The notes: generated by a model not told the origin, from the sequence alone. A DNA stretch of 64,000 nucleotides from Erysipelotrichaceae bacterium (GCA_050309795.1 JBNRMW010000016.1:67257-131256); one strand, 5' to 3'. Counted from the first letter of the stretch, positions 28,682 through 38,606 are shown. A program made the numbers and translations.

Positions 28682-30337
28682 ATTTTAAAACAATTATCTA
28701 TTTCAAATTACATTTTAATTAATCAATTTGAATTAACGTTCCAGGATCGTGAAATGACGGTTTTTATTGGTGAAACTGGGGCTGGGAAATCGATTTTTAT
28801 TGAAGCTCTTTCGCTTTTGGCTGGCGCCAGATCTTCGACAGATGTGATTGGTGCTTATGGCGATTTTGTTCAAATAGAGGGTCTATTTGAATTTGCTAAA
28901 AATAGCCGCGCCCATCAGATCTTGTTAGAAAACGAGTATCTAGACGATCAGTCCTGGTTATTTTCGCGTACGTTAACAAAAGCTGGACGCTCCATCTACC
29001 GGATCAATGGTCAAGTGACCACCTTACAAATGGTTCGTGATGTTTTAGCAGAAGAAATTGACATTCATTCCCAATTTGACTCACAACAATTGCTACAGAC
29101 GGCGCATCAGTTATCTTTGTTAGACCATTTTGGATCTCACCAAGAGCTTCGAGCCCAAGTCGGGAAAAGCTATCAAGAATTAACTAAAATACGCAAAGAA
29201 TACAAGGCTTTTCTTGATCAACAACTTAGTGAAACACAATTGGAGTTTCTGCGTTTCCAATTAGATGAACTAAATCAATTCAATCCTTCCGTTGAAGAAG
29301 AACAACAACTAAATCAACAAGTAAAATCGTTAACAGAGATTTATAATGCTCAAAAATCATTATTAACCGCCAGTCAACAATTAGAGACCTTAGACATTGG
29401 TTTGTTGTATGATGCGATTGGTCAATTGGAATCTTTAAAAAGTGAATCCAACGAAATTACGACCATTATTGAGATTTTAAAAGACAGTTATTTTAGCTTA
29501 GAAGAGGCCACTACACAGTTAAATCAACTTTTAAAACAAGATATTGAAGAAGATAATTTAGATCAGCTCCAAGCCCGATTGTACGAATATAGCCGGATGA
29601 AACGAAAATATCGAGTCGATACAGAGGGTTTATGTCAACTCCAGACGACGATTCAGCATCAACTTTCGCAATTGGATGATCGACAATTTACAATAAATGA
29701 ATTTGAAAAGAAACGAAAGCTCGCTCAAGATAACTACAATGAACTGGCGAGTAAACTCAGTGTTCAACGCCAACAAACGGCCAAGCGCTTAAGTGCAGCT
29801 CTAATTCCTCATTTACAAGATCTTAAATTAGAAAAAGCGCAATTTGAAGTGCGTTTTGAAACAGTTGAAAGCGAAACAGGCATCGATGCGATCGAATTCT
29901 TTGTGCGGATGAATCCTGGTCAAAAATTTACTTCTCTAGCAAAAACGGCTTCTGGAGGTGAATTGAGTCGCTTAATGTTGGCTTTGAAAACCGTTTTTAA
30001 TGAAAGTCATGCTATTTCAACCTTAATTTTTGATGAAATCGATAGTGGCGTGAGTGGTGAAGTTGCCTTACAAATGGGCTTAAAAATGCGTCAACTGGCA
30101 GCTCATTCACAAATTATTGTGGTTTCACATTTGCCGGCTGTGGCTGCAACGAGCGATCGTTTATATTTGATTTCTAAATCAAGCGATGACCAACAAACAG
30201 AAGTTACTATTGAGCAATTGAATTCGACCGAAAAGATTGAACAAATCGCCTTAATGGCCTTTGCTTCTACTCAACCGACAGCCATAAAAGCAGCTAGCGA
30301 ACTAATTGACGATGTGGTGCGAGGACGCCATGGCTAA
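28682..30337 (+). CDS. recN: DNA repair protein RecN, apparently initiated at ATT
   Basis: From the ATT at 28682 the frame encodes (I)LKQLSISNYILINQFELTFQDREMTVFIGETGAGKS, which is the complete conserved RecN N-terminus. AGGAGGG lies 6 nt upstream. There is no ATG, GTG or TTG between the in-frame TAG at 28664 and the internal ATG at 28754. Confidence 0.85.
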   Translation: MLKQLSISNYILINQFELTFQDREMTVFIGETGAGKSIFIEALSLLAGARSSTDVIGAYGDFVQIEGLFEFAKNSRAHQILLENEYLDDQSWLFSRTLTKAGRSIYRINGQVTTLQMVRDVLAEEIDIHSQFDSQQLLQTAHQLSLLDHFGSHQELRAQVGKSYQELTKIRKEYKAFLDQQLSETQLEFLRFQLDELNQFNPSVEEEQQLNQQVKSLTEIYNAQKSLLTASQQLETLDIGLLYDAIGQLESLKSESNEITTIIEILKDSYFSLEEATTQLNQLLKQDIEEDNLDQLQARLYEYSRMKRKYRVDTEGLCQLQTTIQHQLSQLDDRQFTINEFEKKRKLAQDNYNELASKLSVQRQQTAKRLSAALIPHLQDLKLEKAQFEVRFETVESETGIDAIEFFVRMNPGQKFTSLAKTASGGELSRLMLALKTVFNESHAISTLIFDEIDSGVSGEVALQMGLKMRQLAAHSQIIVVSHLPAVAATSDRLYLISKSSDDQQTEVTIEQLNSTEKIEQIALMAFASTQPTAIKAASELIDDVVRGRHG

Positions 30338-31481
30338 AGTTATTTTTCATATTGATTTGAATGCTTTTTTTGCGACCTGTGAACAGTTGCGTAATCCCGA
30401 TCTTTTTGGTAAACCAATTGCGGTGTGCACGGATTCGCGTGGGTCTGTGGTCACGACAGCTTCTTATGAGGCGCGTGCTTTTGGGGTTCATTCGGCACTA
30501 CCTTTAGCAATTGCCAAACAAAAATGTCCTCAATTGATTACGGTGGACGCTGATTTTCGTCTTTATCATAGAAAATCTATGGAGTTCATGGAATTTTTAA
30601 AAGGTTTTTCGACGATTATTGAGCCCGCTAGTATTGATGAAGCGTATCTAGATGTGACACAAATTATTAAAAAATATGAAAAACCGCTCCAATTGGCGAT
30701 TGATATTCAACAACAATTAAAACAGAAGACGGGTTTAAGGTGTTCGATAGGGATTGGTCCTAATAAGTTTTTAGCTAAAATGGCCTCCGATTTACGGAAA
30801 CCGGAAGGGATCTTTGTGCTTCGTAAGAGAGAAGTTCAACGAAAACTTTGGCCATTGGATATCGGTAAGATGCATGGAATTGGTCGTGTTAGTTCTCAAA
30901 AACTACGAGAAATCAATATTATAACCATTGGTGACTTAGCTATGGCACCATTAGAGCACTTGGTTCCGGTTTTAAAAAATCAAGCGTATTATTTCCAACA
31001 ACTTGCCTGGGGTGTTGATGATAGTGTTCTCGAAACCGACCATCAAGTCAAATCTATTTCGGCTTCCAACTCGCTGTATGATCCTTTATTTGAATATGAA
31101 GAAATAAGTCAAATGTTGAAGACACAAGCTACGGATATCGCCCGAAAATTAAATCAAGATCAACTAGGGGCACTTCAACTAAGTTTGACTGTGCGTAACG
31201 ATGTTTATCAACAATATTCCAAAAGTATCAGCATTAAATCGCCCATAACGGACGCACAAGATATGTATCAACAAGCTTTACTTCTCTATGATCAGTTTGA
31301 AGTTGAGGGTGGCATTAAATATTGTGGCTTGTTTGTCAACCGCTTTGAATCCGTCGAGGATGATATTTTTACCTTATTTAATCAGCAACAAAATATTTCA
31401 AGTCAAGAAATTATCCAAAAAGTGAATGATTTGTTTGATGGAAAAGTCTTGAAGAGGGGAAGTGAAGCATCTAATGACTGA
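30330..31481 (+). CDS. dinB: DNA polymerase IV (Y-family)
   Basis: HIDLNAFFATCEQ, SIDEAYLDV and the little-finger domain. ATG at 30330 overlaps the recN stop. Confidence 0.9.
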   Translation: MAKVIFHIDLNAFFATCEQLRNPDLFGKPIAVCTDSRGSVVTTASYEARAFGVHSALPLAIAKQKCPQLITVDADFRLYHRKSMEFMEFLKGFSTIIEPASIDEAYLDVTQIIKKYEKPLQLAIDIQQQLKQKTGLRCSIGIGPNKFLAKMASDLRKPEGIFVLRKREVQRKLWPLDIGKMHGIGRVSSQKLREINIITIGDLAMAPLEHLVPVLKNQAYYFQQLAWGVDDSVLETDHQVKSISASNSLYDPLFEYEEISQMLKTQATDIARKLNQDQLGALQLSLTVRNDVYQQYSKSISIKSPITDAQDMYQQALLLYDQFEVEGGIKYCGLFVNRFESVEDDIFTLFNQQQNISSQEIIQKVNDLFDGKVLKRGSEASND

Positions 31482-32379
31482 AACAAAACAGTTGAGTGCT
31501 GATTTTCTACAAACCTTAAAATATGTCTTGCAACATTCACCCGCAACACTGGATGCTTATCAACGGGATTTACAAAAGTTTTTTGAATTTTGTGAGCGAC
31601 ATCACTTTAAAATATTAGAAGTTACTTCTCAGGATATTATTACTTTTATTAGCTCATTGGGCGAACAATTTAGTCAGGCAACGATTTCTCGGATATTGAG
31701 TAGTTTGCATCAGTTTTATAAATGGTTGGTTTTACAACGGTATTTAACTGTTGATCCGACGTTGTTTGTTTCTGTTGTTAAGAAGCCTTCGGAAGCAACG
31801 AACTTTTTAACCCATGTGGAGTTTTTGGAATTGATTGATTTTCCTTTAGAAAAGCCGGTTGATTATTTAGATCGAACATTATTGGAGCTTTTATATGGGT
31901 CGGGTTTACGAGTTTCTGAAGCACTTTCGCTTCAGTTCAAGCATATACACCATCGCGAACGTTTACTGAATATTATTGGTAAGGGACAAAAGCAACGTCT
32001 GGTACCTTTCTCCCAAAACTTTTTTGAGATTTATGAGCAATATTTGATCACTTATCGTCAACTTTATGTAAAAAATCGCAGCGAGTTTATTTTTATTAAC
32101 CGCAAATCACTGCCACTTTCCAGGCAATCCGTTTATAATATGGTTGCTAAGCGGGCGCGTGCAGCAGGCTTTACAAAAAAAGTGAGCCCCCATGTCTTGC
32201 GTCATAGTTTTGCTTCTGCACTGATTGGTGCTGGAGCGAATTTACGGGTCATCCAAGAGCTTTTAGGTCACCAAGATATTTCAACGACGCAGATCTATAC
32301 ACATTTGAAAATGGATGAGAAAAGGGCTATGTACGATCAATATCACCCGTTAAGCAAAAGAAAGAAGGAAGAAAAATGA
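31462..32379 (+). CDS. xerD: Tyrosine site-specific recombinase, XerD/XerC family
   Basis: Catalytic [24 protein letters not shown] and no phage context. Lies next to deoB as B. subtilis ripX does. The XerD versus XerC assignment is uncertain. Confidence 0.8.
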   Translation: MKHLMTETKQLSADFLQTLKYVLQHSPATLDAYQRDLQKFFEFCERHHFKILEVTSQDIITFISSLGEQFSQATISRILSSLHQFYKWLVLQRYLTVDPTLFVSVVKKPSEATNFLTHVEFLELIDFPLEKPVDYLDRTLLELLYGSGLRVSEALSLQFKHIHHRERLLNIIGKGQKQRLVPFSQNFFEIYEQYLITYRQLYVKNRSEFIFINRKSLPLSRQSVYNMVAKRARAAGFTKKVSPHVLRHSFASALIGAGANLRVIQELLGHQDISTTQIYTHLKMDEKRAMYDQYHPLSKRKKEEK

Positions 32380-33557
32380 AATTTAAACGAATCATTGTCC
32401 TTGTCATGGACTCGGTAGGAATCGGTAATGCCCATGACGCGCATTTATTTGACGATGTTGGAGCCAACACTCTCGAGACGATTGCTAACGCGATGGGCGG
32501 GCTAAACGTTCCAAATTTAGCTTATTTGGGCTTGGGTAATCTACACCCTTTAAAAGGAGTTGAACCTCAAACAAATCCCCATGTTGTTTATACGACCATG
32601 CAAGAAGCAAGTGCTTCTAAAGATACCATGACGGGTCATTGGGAAATGATGGGTCTCTACTTAGACGAACCATTCCAGACATTTACGGAAACCGGTTTTC
32701 CTGAGGAGTTACTAGAAGCTTTAAGTGCACAAACGGGTCATCCAATTATTGGTAATAAATCGGCTAGTGGAACCGTTATTTTGGATGAGCTTGGTGAAGA
32801 ACATATGAAAACGGGAGCAATGATTGTATATACCTCTGCTGATTCGGTCTTACAAATTGCGGCACATGAAGAGACCTTTGGTCTTCAAGAGCTTTATCGT
32901 TGTTGTGAAATTGCTCGCGAGTTAACCATGAAACCTGAATGGAAGGTTGGTCGCATCATTGCGCGTCCATTTGTTGGTCCAAAAAAAGGGGAATTCAAGC
33001 GCACATCAAATCGACATGATTATGCCTTAAAGCCTTTTGGTAAGACGGCTTTAGATCATTTGAAAGCAGCTAATTTTGATGTTGTTTCAGTTGGAAAAAT
33101 CGTTGATATCTTTGATGGGGAAGGGATAACCAGCGCCCATCGTACCGTATCCAATGAAGACGGTATGAACCAAACCATTGCCTTATTGGATGAAAACTTC
33201 ACAGGCTTACTCTTTATTAACTTGGTTGACTTCGACGCATTATGGGGCCATCGACGCGATCCGATCGGTTATGGCAAAGGATTAGAAGCCTTTGATGTCC
33301 AATTAAAAGAGGTCATTGCGAAAATAAGGCCAGATGATTTACTCTTGGTGACCGCAGATCATGGCAATGATCCAGGATTTAAAGGAACCGATCATACACG
33401 AGAAGAAGTTCCACTATTAATGTATTCTCCACAACTTGAAGGGGGTTACTATTTAAGTAAACGTCAAACCTTTGCGGACGTTGGTCAAACCATTAGCGAT
33501 AACTTCAAAGTTAATTCAACGACGTATGGAACGTCGTTCCTAGATGAATTAGAATAA
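32376..33557 (+). CDS. deoB: Phosphopentomutase
   Basis: [10 protein letters not shown], the DFD..WGHRRD motif and TADHGNDP. Confidence 0.93.
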   Translation: MKFKRIIVLVMDSVGIGNAHDAHLFDDVGANTLETIANAMGGLNVPNLAYLGLGNLHPLKGVEPQTNPHVVYTTMQEASASKDTMTGHWEMMGLYLDEPFQTFTETGFPEELLEALSAQTGHPIIGNKSASGTVILDELGEEHMKTGAMIVYTSADSVLQIAAHEETFGLQELYRCCEIARELTMKPEWKVGRIIARPFVGPKKGEFKRTSNRHDYALKPFGKTALDHLKAANFDVVSVGKIVDIFDGEGITSAHRTVSNEDGMNQTIALLDENFTGLLFINLVDFDALWGHRRDPIGYGKGLEAFDVQLKEVIAKIRPDDLLLVTADHGNDPGFKGTDHTREEVPLLMYSPQLEGGYYLSKRQTFADVGQTISDNFKVNSTTYGTSFLDELE

Positions 33558-33584
33558 TATGTCATAATATACATTATACGAAGA
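33557..33584 (-). other. dif: Candidate dif site (XerC/XerD chromosome dimer resolution site)
   Basis: The minus strand reads TCTTCGTATAA TGTATA TTATGACATAT. The 15 nt ATAATGTATATTATG are identical to the E. coli dif core. Identity is 20/28 to both the E. coli and B. subtilis dif as I recall them. The site sits exactly where gene orientation converges and 1.2 kb from xerD. Confidence 0.6.
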
Positions 33585-33608
33585 TAATTAATTCATCAAA
33601 TATTAAGT

Positions 33609-33634
33609 AAAAACGGTATCCATAATGAATACCG
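33609..33634 (-). terminator. Terminator for the minus-strand metallopeptidase/hup transcription unit
   Basis: The minus strand has cggtat-N9-ataccg followed by TTTTT. Confidence 0.6.
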
Positions 33635-33656
33635 CTTCCATATAAATCAAGATAAT

Positions 33657-33687
33657 AGCTCTAAAACCCTCGGTTTGGAGCTTTTTT
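33657..33687 (+). terminator. Terminator for deoB
   Basis: agctct(a)aaacc-ctc-ggttt ggagct extended stem followed by TTTTT. The T-tract overlaps the stop codon of the convergent gene. Confidence 0.7.
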
Positions 33688-34399
33688 AATCGCGTCGCGA
33701 ACCACGCATTAAGAACAACCGTAAAATCGTAGCTAATGTTCCTAAAAATGCAGCAATATATGTAAAAGCTGCGGCATTTAACATGCCACGTGCAGCAGAG
33801 ACTTCGCTAGAAGTCACCATCTGTTGTTCTTGAAGTTCTTTAATCGCCCGCGTGGATGCATTAATTTCAACTGGTAAAGTAATCAGCTGAAATAGACCAA
33901 TAATACCAATCAAAACGATCCCAATCAAAAACAACGAATCAAGACCGGAAAATAAACCAATCATTAAGACGGTCCAACCTAATTGGGATGAAATCATCGC
34001 TAATGGTAGAACGCGGTTTCTGAGCCCGATGAAGCCATACTGTTCATGATATTGTAAAACGTGTCCAATTTCATGAGCAGCAATGCTTGCTGAAGCGATG
34101 GTTTTACCGTAATAAACTTCTTTAGATAAATTCACCACATTCGTTTGTGGGTTAAAATGGTCGCTTAAAACGCCACCTCGTGGATTTTCTTGAACAGTTA
34201 TGTAGTTAATTCCGTGACGATTTAGTATTCTTTGAGCAACTTCATATCCCGATAATTGTGAATATGATAACATTTTTCGATATTTTTGATAGCGATTTTG
34301 AACCCATGTTTGAGCCCCTAAGGACAAGGCAAAAGTGATCATAATTAAGAAGAATTGCATGCCTCCACTATTGAAAAAATTAGTTAAAATGTAATTCAT
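33686..34399 (-). CDS. Membrane zinc metallopeptidase (YugP-like, Zn_peptidase_2 family)
   Basis: HEIGHVLQ zinc motif, with N-terminal and C-terminal TM helices. Confidence 0.8.
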   Translation of the reverse strand: MNYILTNFFNSGGMQFFLIMITFALSLGAQTWVQNRYQKYRKMLSYSQLSGYEVAQRILNRHGINYITVQENPRGGVLSDHFNPQTNVVNLSKEVYYGKTIASASIAAHEIGHVLQYHEQYGFIGLRNRVLPLAMISSQLGWTVLMIGLFSGLDSLFLIGIVLIGIIGLFQLITLPVEINASTRAIKELQEQQMVTSSEVSAARGMLNAAAFTYIAAFLGTLATILRLFLMRGSRRD

Positions 34400-34423
34400 C
34401 GTTTTCCCCCTTTCTAAAAATAT

Positions 34424-34450
34424 AAAAATTAAAGGAAGCTTCAGCTTCCT
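34424..34450 (-). terminator. Terminator after hup
   Basis: The minus strand has aggaagc-tgaa-gcttcct followed by a T-rich run (ttaatttttatattttt). Confidence 0.65.
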
Positions 34451-34455
34451 TATAA

Positions 34456-34743
34456 TTACTTATTAATGTCTTCCTTTAGTGCTTTCGCTACTTTAAAAGT
34501 TAGAGCTTTTGAAGCTGGGATTTTAATCTTCTCTTTCGTTTGAGGATTGAATCCATCTCTTGCGGCTCTTTCTTTGACTTCAAAGCGACCAAAGCCAGCT
34601 AAGTCTACTTTGTTTCCAGCAACAAGCTGATCTTTAATTTCATCTAGGACTAAATCAACGATATCTCCTGCTGCTTTTTTGGTGTAATCTAATCTTTCAG
34701 CAACAGCGTCAGCTAATGCCTTTTTGTTGAATGTTAAATTCAT
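34456..34743 (-). CDS. hup: DNA-binding protein HU
   Basis: 95 aa with GFGRFEVKERAARDGFNPQT and the beta-arm RNP-like motif. Confidence 0.93.
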   Translation of the reverse strand: MNLTFNKKALADAVAERLDYTKKAAGDIVDLVLDEIKDQLVAGNKVDLAGFGRFEVKERAARDGFNPQTKEKIKIPASKALTFKVAKALKEDINK

Positions 34744-34768
34744 AGTATAATCCTCCGTTTACATAGTA

Positions 34769-34797
34769 ATAATAGCAAAGATACCCAATGAGTGCAA
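34769..34797 (-). promoter_or_regulatory. Candidate hup promoter
   Basis: The minus strand reads TTGCAC, 17-nt spacer, TATTAT, about 25 nt upstream of the ggagga-ATG. Confidence 0.45.
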
Positions 34798-34814
34798 TAA
34801 ATGCACTACCTACT

Positions 34815-36131
34815 TTAGTTTACATTATTCTTCCGTAAGATGATCCGAATCGGTACCCCTTCAAACTCAAAAGCATCGCGTAAACGATTTTCTAAATAGC
34901 GTTTGTAAGAGAAATGACATAATTCTGGGTCATTTACAAAGAGCACAAACGTTGGTGGACCAATCGAGACCTGTGAAGCAAAATAAATACGCAGTCTTTG
35001 GCCACTATGCGTTGGGGGTGGTGTGAATAATTGAGCATCCATAATGACTTCATTAACCACCGAAGTAGCAATGCGCAACTGACTGTTCTCATATACTTGT
35101 TGGATCTGTGGAACCAGTGTATGCACGCGCTGTCTGGTTTTCGCAGAAACAAAAACAATCGGTGCATAATTAATATACACAAATTCGTTACGAATATCTT
35201 GAGTTACCTCGTTCATTGTTGTGTGATCTTTTTCAATAACATCCCATTTGTTGTAAACAATAATGATTGGTTTGCCTTCGTTATGCGCATAACCAGCGAC
35301 CGTTTTATCTTGTTGACGAATACCTTGTTCCCCATCAATGACAAATAAAACAACATCTGCACGCTCAATTGCGGTGAGTGCTCTTAAAACGGCATATTTT
35401 TCAACAGATTCATAAACTTTTCCGCGTTTACGGATACCTGCCGTATCAATGGCGACGTATTGTTGACCATCAAACTTAAACGGTGTATCGATCGCATCAC
35501 GGGTCGTCCCAGCAATATCCGAAACAATGACGCGTTCTTCATTTAGAATCGCATTAACTAAAGAAGATTTTCCGACATTTGGCTGTCCAATAATCGCAAA
35601 TTTAATAAATCCATCGTAAGCTGACTGTTTTCGTGTCCCATCCAATAGTTTGATGGTCTGATCTAAGACATCGCCGATCCCAATTCCATGAGAACAAGAA
35701 ATAGGTAACGGTTCCCCTACCCCAAGTTTATAAAACTCGTAGGATTGGTACGTTAAATGAAAATCATCTATCTTATTGACGGCAAGTACAATTGGTTTTT
35801 GTGATTTATGTAACATTCTTGCGATCATTTGATCGTCGTCGGTTAAACCTTCCCGTCCATTCACCACAAAAATAATGACATCGGCCTCATCGATGGCGAT
35901 TTCTACCTGAACTTTTATCTCTTCAATAAATGGTAATTCTTCAATTTGAATCCCCCCCGTATCAATGAAACGGAGTTCTTTGGTGAGCCATTGGACCTGA
36001 CCATAAATCCGGTCTCTAGTCACCCCGGGCGTATCTTCCACAATTGAAACCCGATCGCCAATAATTCGATTAAAAAGTGAAGATTTTCCAACATTTGGTC
36101 TTCCAACAATCGCGACAATACCATCAATCAT
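34815..36131 (-). CDS. der: Ribosome-associated GTPase Der (EngA), two G domains
   Basis: Two GxPNVGKS P-loops ([18 protein letters not shown]) and a KH-like C-terminus. The Met at 36131 gives the canonical N-terminus ([17 protein letters not shown]) and overlaps the cmk stop. Confidence 0.93.
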   Translation of the reverse strand: MIDGIVAIVGRPNVGKSSLFNRIIGDRVSIVEDTPGVTRDRIYGQVQWLTKELRFIDTGGIQIEELPFIEEIKVQVEIAIDEADVIIFVVNGREGLTDDDQMIARMLHKSQKPIVLAVNKIDDFHLTYQSYEFYKLGVGEPLPISCSHGIGIGDVLDQTIKLLDGTRKQSAYDGFIKFAIIGQPNVGKSSLVNAILNEERVIVSDIAGTTRDAIDTPFKFDGQQYVAIDTAGIRKRGKVYESVEKYAVLRALTAIERADVVLFVIDGEQGIRQQDKTVAGYAHNEGKPIIIVYNKWDVIEKDHTTMNEVTQDIRNEFVYINYAPIVFVSAKTRQRVHTLVPQIQQVYENSQLRIATSVVNEVIMDAQLFTPPPTHSGQRLRIYFASQVSIGPPTFVLFVNDPELCHFSYKRYLENRLRDAFEFEGVPIRIILRKNNVN

Positions 36132-36804
36132 GGGTAACAACCCCTTTCTTCTTTTTTTCAATAATCGTTAATATTTCTTCAAACACTTCATCCAAGGACA
36201 AAGCAGAGGTATCAATGATAATGGCATCATCCGCCGGTCTTAACGGCGATTCTTGACGATGCCGATCTTGATAATCACGGACCATTAAGTCTTGTTTCAG
36301 TTCTTCAAATACAGGGTTTAAACCTCTGGCTTTCAATTCTAAAAATCGCCGCATCGCTCGAACATGGGTAGAAGCCGTTAAAAATATTTTCACTTGTGCT
36401 TGTGGTAAAACAACAGTTCCGATGTCTCGACCATCCATTACACAATCCATTTGTTTAGCCATAGCTTGTTGCTTTTCAACTAACTTTTCCCGAACCAAGC
36501 GGTTTTTGGAAATATCACTGGCCAACAAGGAAATAGTTTCCTCCCGCAAGGCTAACGTGATATCGACTTGGTCGAGAAAAACTTTTTGATCAGCTTTTAA
36601 TTGAAGATCCATCTGATCAATCATCGTTAATATTTCTTCTAAATCATTGTTTATGGAAAGCTTTTTTTGAGCAACAAGGTAGGCCACCGCACGATACATC
36701 GAACCGGTGTTGATATGAATCATATGGAGATGTCGGGCGATGCGCATCGCCAGCACCGATTTCCCAGAGGCACTTGGTCCATCAATCGCAATCGAAAAAT
36801 TCAT
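36124..36804 (-). CDS. cmk: Cytidylate kinase
   Basis: [13 protein letters not shown]-loop, GSMYRA and DGRDIGT. Confidence 0.92.
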   Translation of the reverse strand: MNFSIAIDGPSASGKSVLAMRIARHLHMIHINTGSMYRAVAYLVAQKKLSINNDLEEILTMIDQMDLQLKADQKVFLDQVDITLALREETISLLASDISKNRLVREKLVEKQQAMAKQMDCVMDGRDIGTVVLPQAQVKIFLTASTHVRAMRRFLELKARGLNPVFEELKQDLMVRDYQDRHRQESPLRPADDAIIIDTSALSLDEVFEEILTIIEKKKKGVVTHD

Positions 36805-36813
36805 AGTTAGCCC

Positions 36814-37698
36814 TTATTGTAATTGCAGAACAACATAAATTATTGCTGCAATAACCAATATTAATAAAATAACCACCGCCGTTAAAAGTGCATTAATATA
36901 GCGGTTAGAACTATCGACCCGTTGATCGAGATTTTTGACCACTTGGTCTTGCTGATCAAGGAGGGTTTTAATTTGTTGTGTGGTTTCTTTAAGTTCAAAG
37001 ATTTCTGTCGGCTGTTGATCGTCATGTTCAGTAAGATCGTCAAATTGTTCGAACATCGCTAAATGTTCGACTTGTAATTTAATGGTTTCATCCAGTGCTT
37101 CACTGGCGACTGGTGGTTCTTCACCTGGATCTTCTGATATTTTTTCAACTGGAGAACGTCGGGGCAAGGTTTGATCTTTTCGCAATTGACGCTCGATAGC
37201 TTCCACGGTTAAGTATTCATCCGTCGGTAAAACACTAGATAACACATTTGATTGGGTATCTTGTTTTTTACGATACCCCTTTTCTACATTATAGCGTTTA
37301 ACTTCCTTAAGAACCTCGTCCACATAAGAACTCTGAAATTCATCAGAAATTTCGTCTGGTTCATAGGATTCTAATATTTCAATTGCGGTTTCGTTTGCTG
37401 GAAATTCTCCATTAGGCACAGGTATTTCTGTGGCAAAAACTTCTTTTTCAAATTTGGGAACAGTTGTCTCATCCTCTGTGGATGTCGGTTCAGTAAACCG
37501 GCGATTTCGTCGGTACAGGGGCGACTGATAATCGGTCTGTTCGTCAATATCCATACGTTGAAAATGGTCTTTATCAAGACGGTTTAGTTGGTTGGCATAT
37601 TTAGATAATTCTTTGGTTTCAATGGTATGTTGTTGTTCGTCAATTAAATCTCGACGCAACTTCGCATAGCGTTCAATCCTTGATTTTTTTTCACTCAT
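36814..37698 (-). CDS. Hypothetical tail-anchored membrane protein with a long acidic, low-complexity cytoplasmic region
   Basis: ATG at 37698 is preceded by agaggtg and a TGCTATAAT element (37720-37728). There is a single C-terminal TM (INALLTAVVILLILVIAAIIYVVL). I recognise no family motif. Confidence 0.6.
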   Translation of the reverse strand: MSEKKSRIERYAKLRRDLIDEQQHTIETKELSKYANQLNRLDKDHFQRMDIDEQTDYQSPLYRRNRRFTEPTSTEDETTVPKFEKEVFATEIPVPNGEFPANETAIEILESYEPDEISDEFQSSYVDEVLKEVKRYNVEKGYRKKQDTQSNVLSSVLPTDEYLTVEAIERQLRKDQTLPRRSPVEKISEDPGEEPPVASEALDETIKLQVEHLAMFEQFDDLTEHDDQQPTEIFELKETTQQIKTLLDQQDQVVKNLDQRVDSSNRYINALLTAVVILLILVIAAIIYVVLQLQ

Positions 37699-37801
37699 AA
37701 AAACACCTCTATCTCCAATATTATAGCATAGTGAGCTCTTAAAATACTTGCTATATAAATACTCAACCAATCCCTTTTGTTTCTAATAAACGATTAAAGA
37801 A

Positions 37802-38410
37802 TTACTTTAAAAAGCGAGAAATGTGTTTATACAACAATGCCGTTACCACCGCGTTTAATGTCCCTTTAACCAAATTAAATGGAACGACCGCAAATATCAT
37901 CATATCCCAATACGTGTGGACTAAAGGATTTACAACTCTAGTTGCATTTAAGATAGCTTCCATTGGAAAATTCGCCACTTTCTCAAACAATGGGAAAATT
38001 AAAAAGGCATTCGATAAGGTCGCAACAGTTGTTAGGGAAAGGACCCCCAAAATCAAGGCAATACGCGAACCTTTAAAATCTCTATGCAAGCGATAATACC
38101 AAGAGGCCACGGAAACAAAGGCCGAAGTAACAATAAAATTCGACAATTCACCAACAAAACTCGTCCCCGTGCCTTGGGTTATGAGTTTAATTAAATTCTT
38201 TAAAAAAGCAATCATGACCCCTGCTAGCGGGCCATAAGCAAAGCCGCCAATTAAAACGGGAACATCCGCTAAATCAACATCCATAAAACTTGGAGCAAAC
38301 GGTAAACTAAATCTAAAAAACATAAAAATAGCCGCCAAACTGGCCATAATGGTCATCGTTACTAATTGTTTGGTTGGAACTACTTGTTTTTTTACAGAAT
38401 GGTTGGACAT
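37802..38410 (-). CDS. ribU: ECF transporter S component for riboflavin (RibU)
   Basis: Six-TM ECF S-component pattern, directly downstream of an FMN riboswitch. Confidence 0.85.
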   Translation of the reverse strand: MSNHSVKKQVVPTKQLVTMTIMASLAAIFMFFRFSLPFAPSFMDVDLADVPVLIGGFAYGPLAGVMIAFLKNLIKLITQGTGTSFVGELSNFIVTSAFVSVASWYYRLHRDFKGSRIALILGVLSLTTVATLSNAFLIFPLFEKVANFPMEAILNATRVVNPLVHTYWDMMIFAVVPFNLVKGTLNAVVTALLYKHISRFLK

Positions 38411-38444
38411 GATATTAATTCCTCCTTCATGAATTAGAGGCTCC

Positions 38445-38606
38445 TATTAAAAAAAGCCCGATCATGTCTTGGGCTAATAAAAAAGAATCCTTGCTTCTTT
38501 CATCCAGACTTTAACTGTCGCCTCCTGAATTGCACAGGATCAACCAAAATAGGCTCGCAGGGTATACTGCCGGTGAGGACTTGCACCTCGCCCCGAAGAC
38601 GCCTTA
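38445..38606 (-). promoter_or_regulatory. FMN riboswitch (RFN element) with expression platform
   Basis: The minus strand reads CTTCGGGGCGAGGTGCAAGTCCTCACCGGCAGTATACCCTGCGAGCC...GGTTGATCCTGTGCAATTCAGGAGGCGACAGTTAAAGTCTGGATGAAAGAAG, matching the RFN consensus almost position for position. An agccc..gggct hairpin plus T7 follows. Confidence 0.93.

Noticed and set aside
31462-32379. The tyrosine recombinase as a possible integrase of a mobile element
   Set aside because: No att-like repeats, phage or transposon genes, or compositional break flank it. The C-terminal motifs and the deoB synteny fit chromosomal XerD/XerC.
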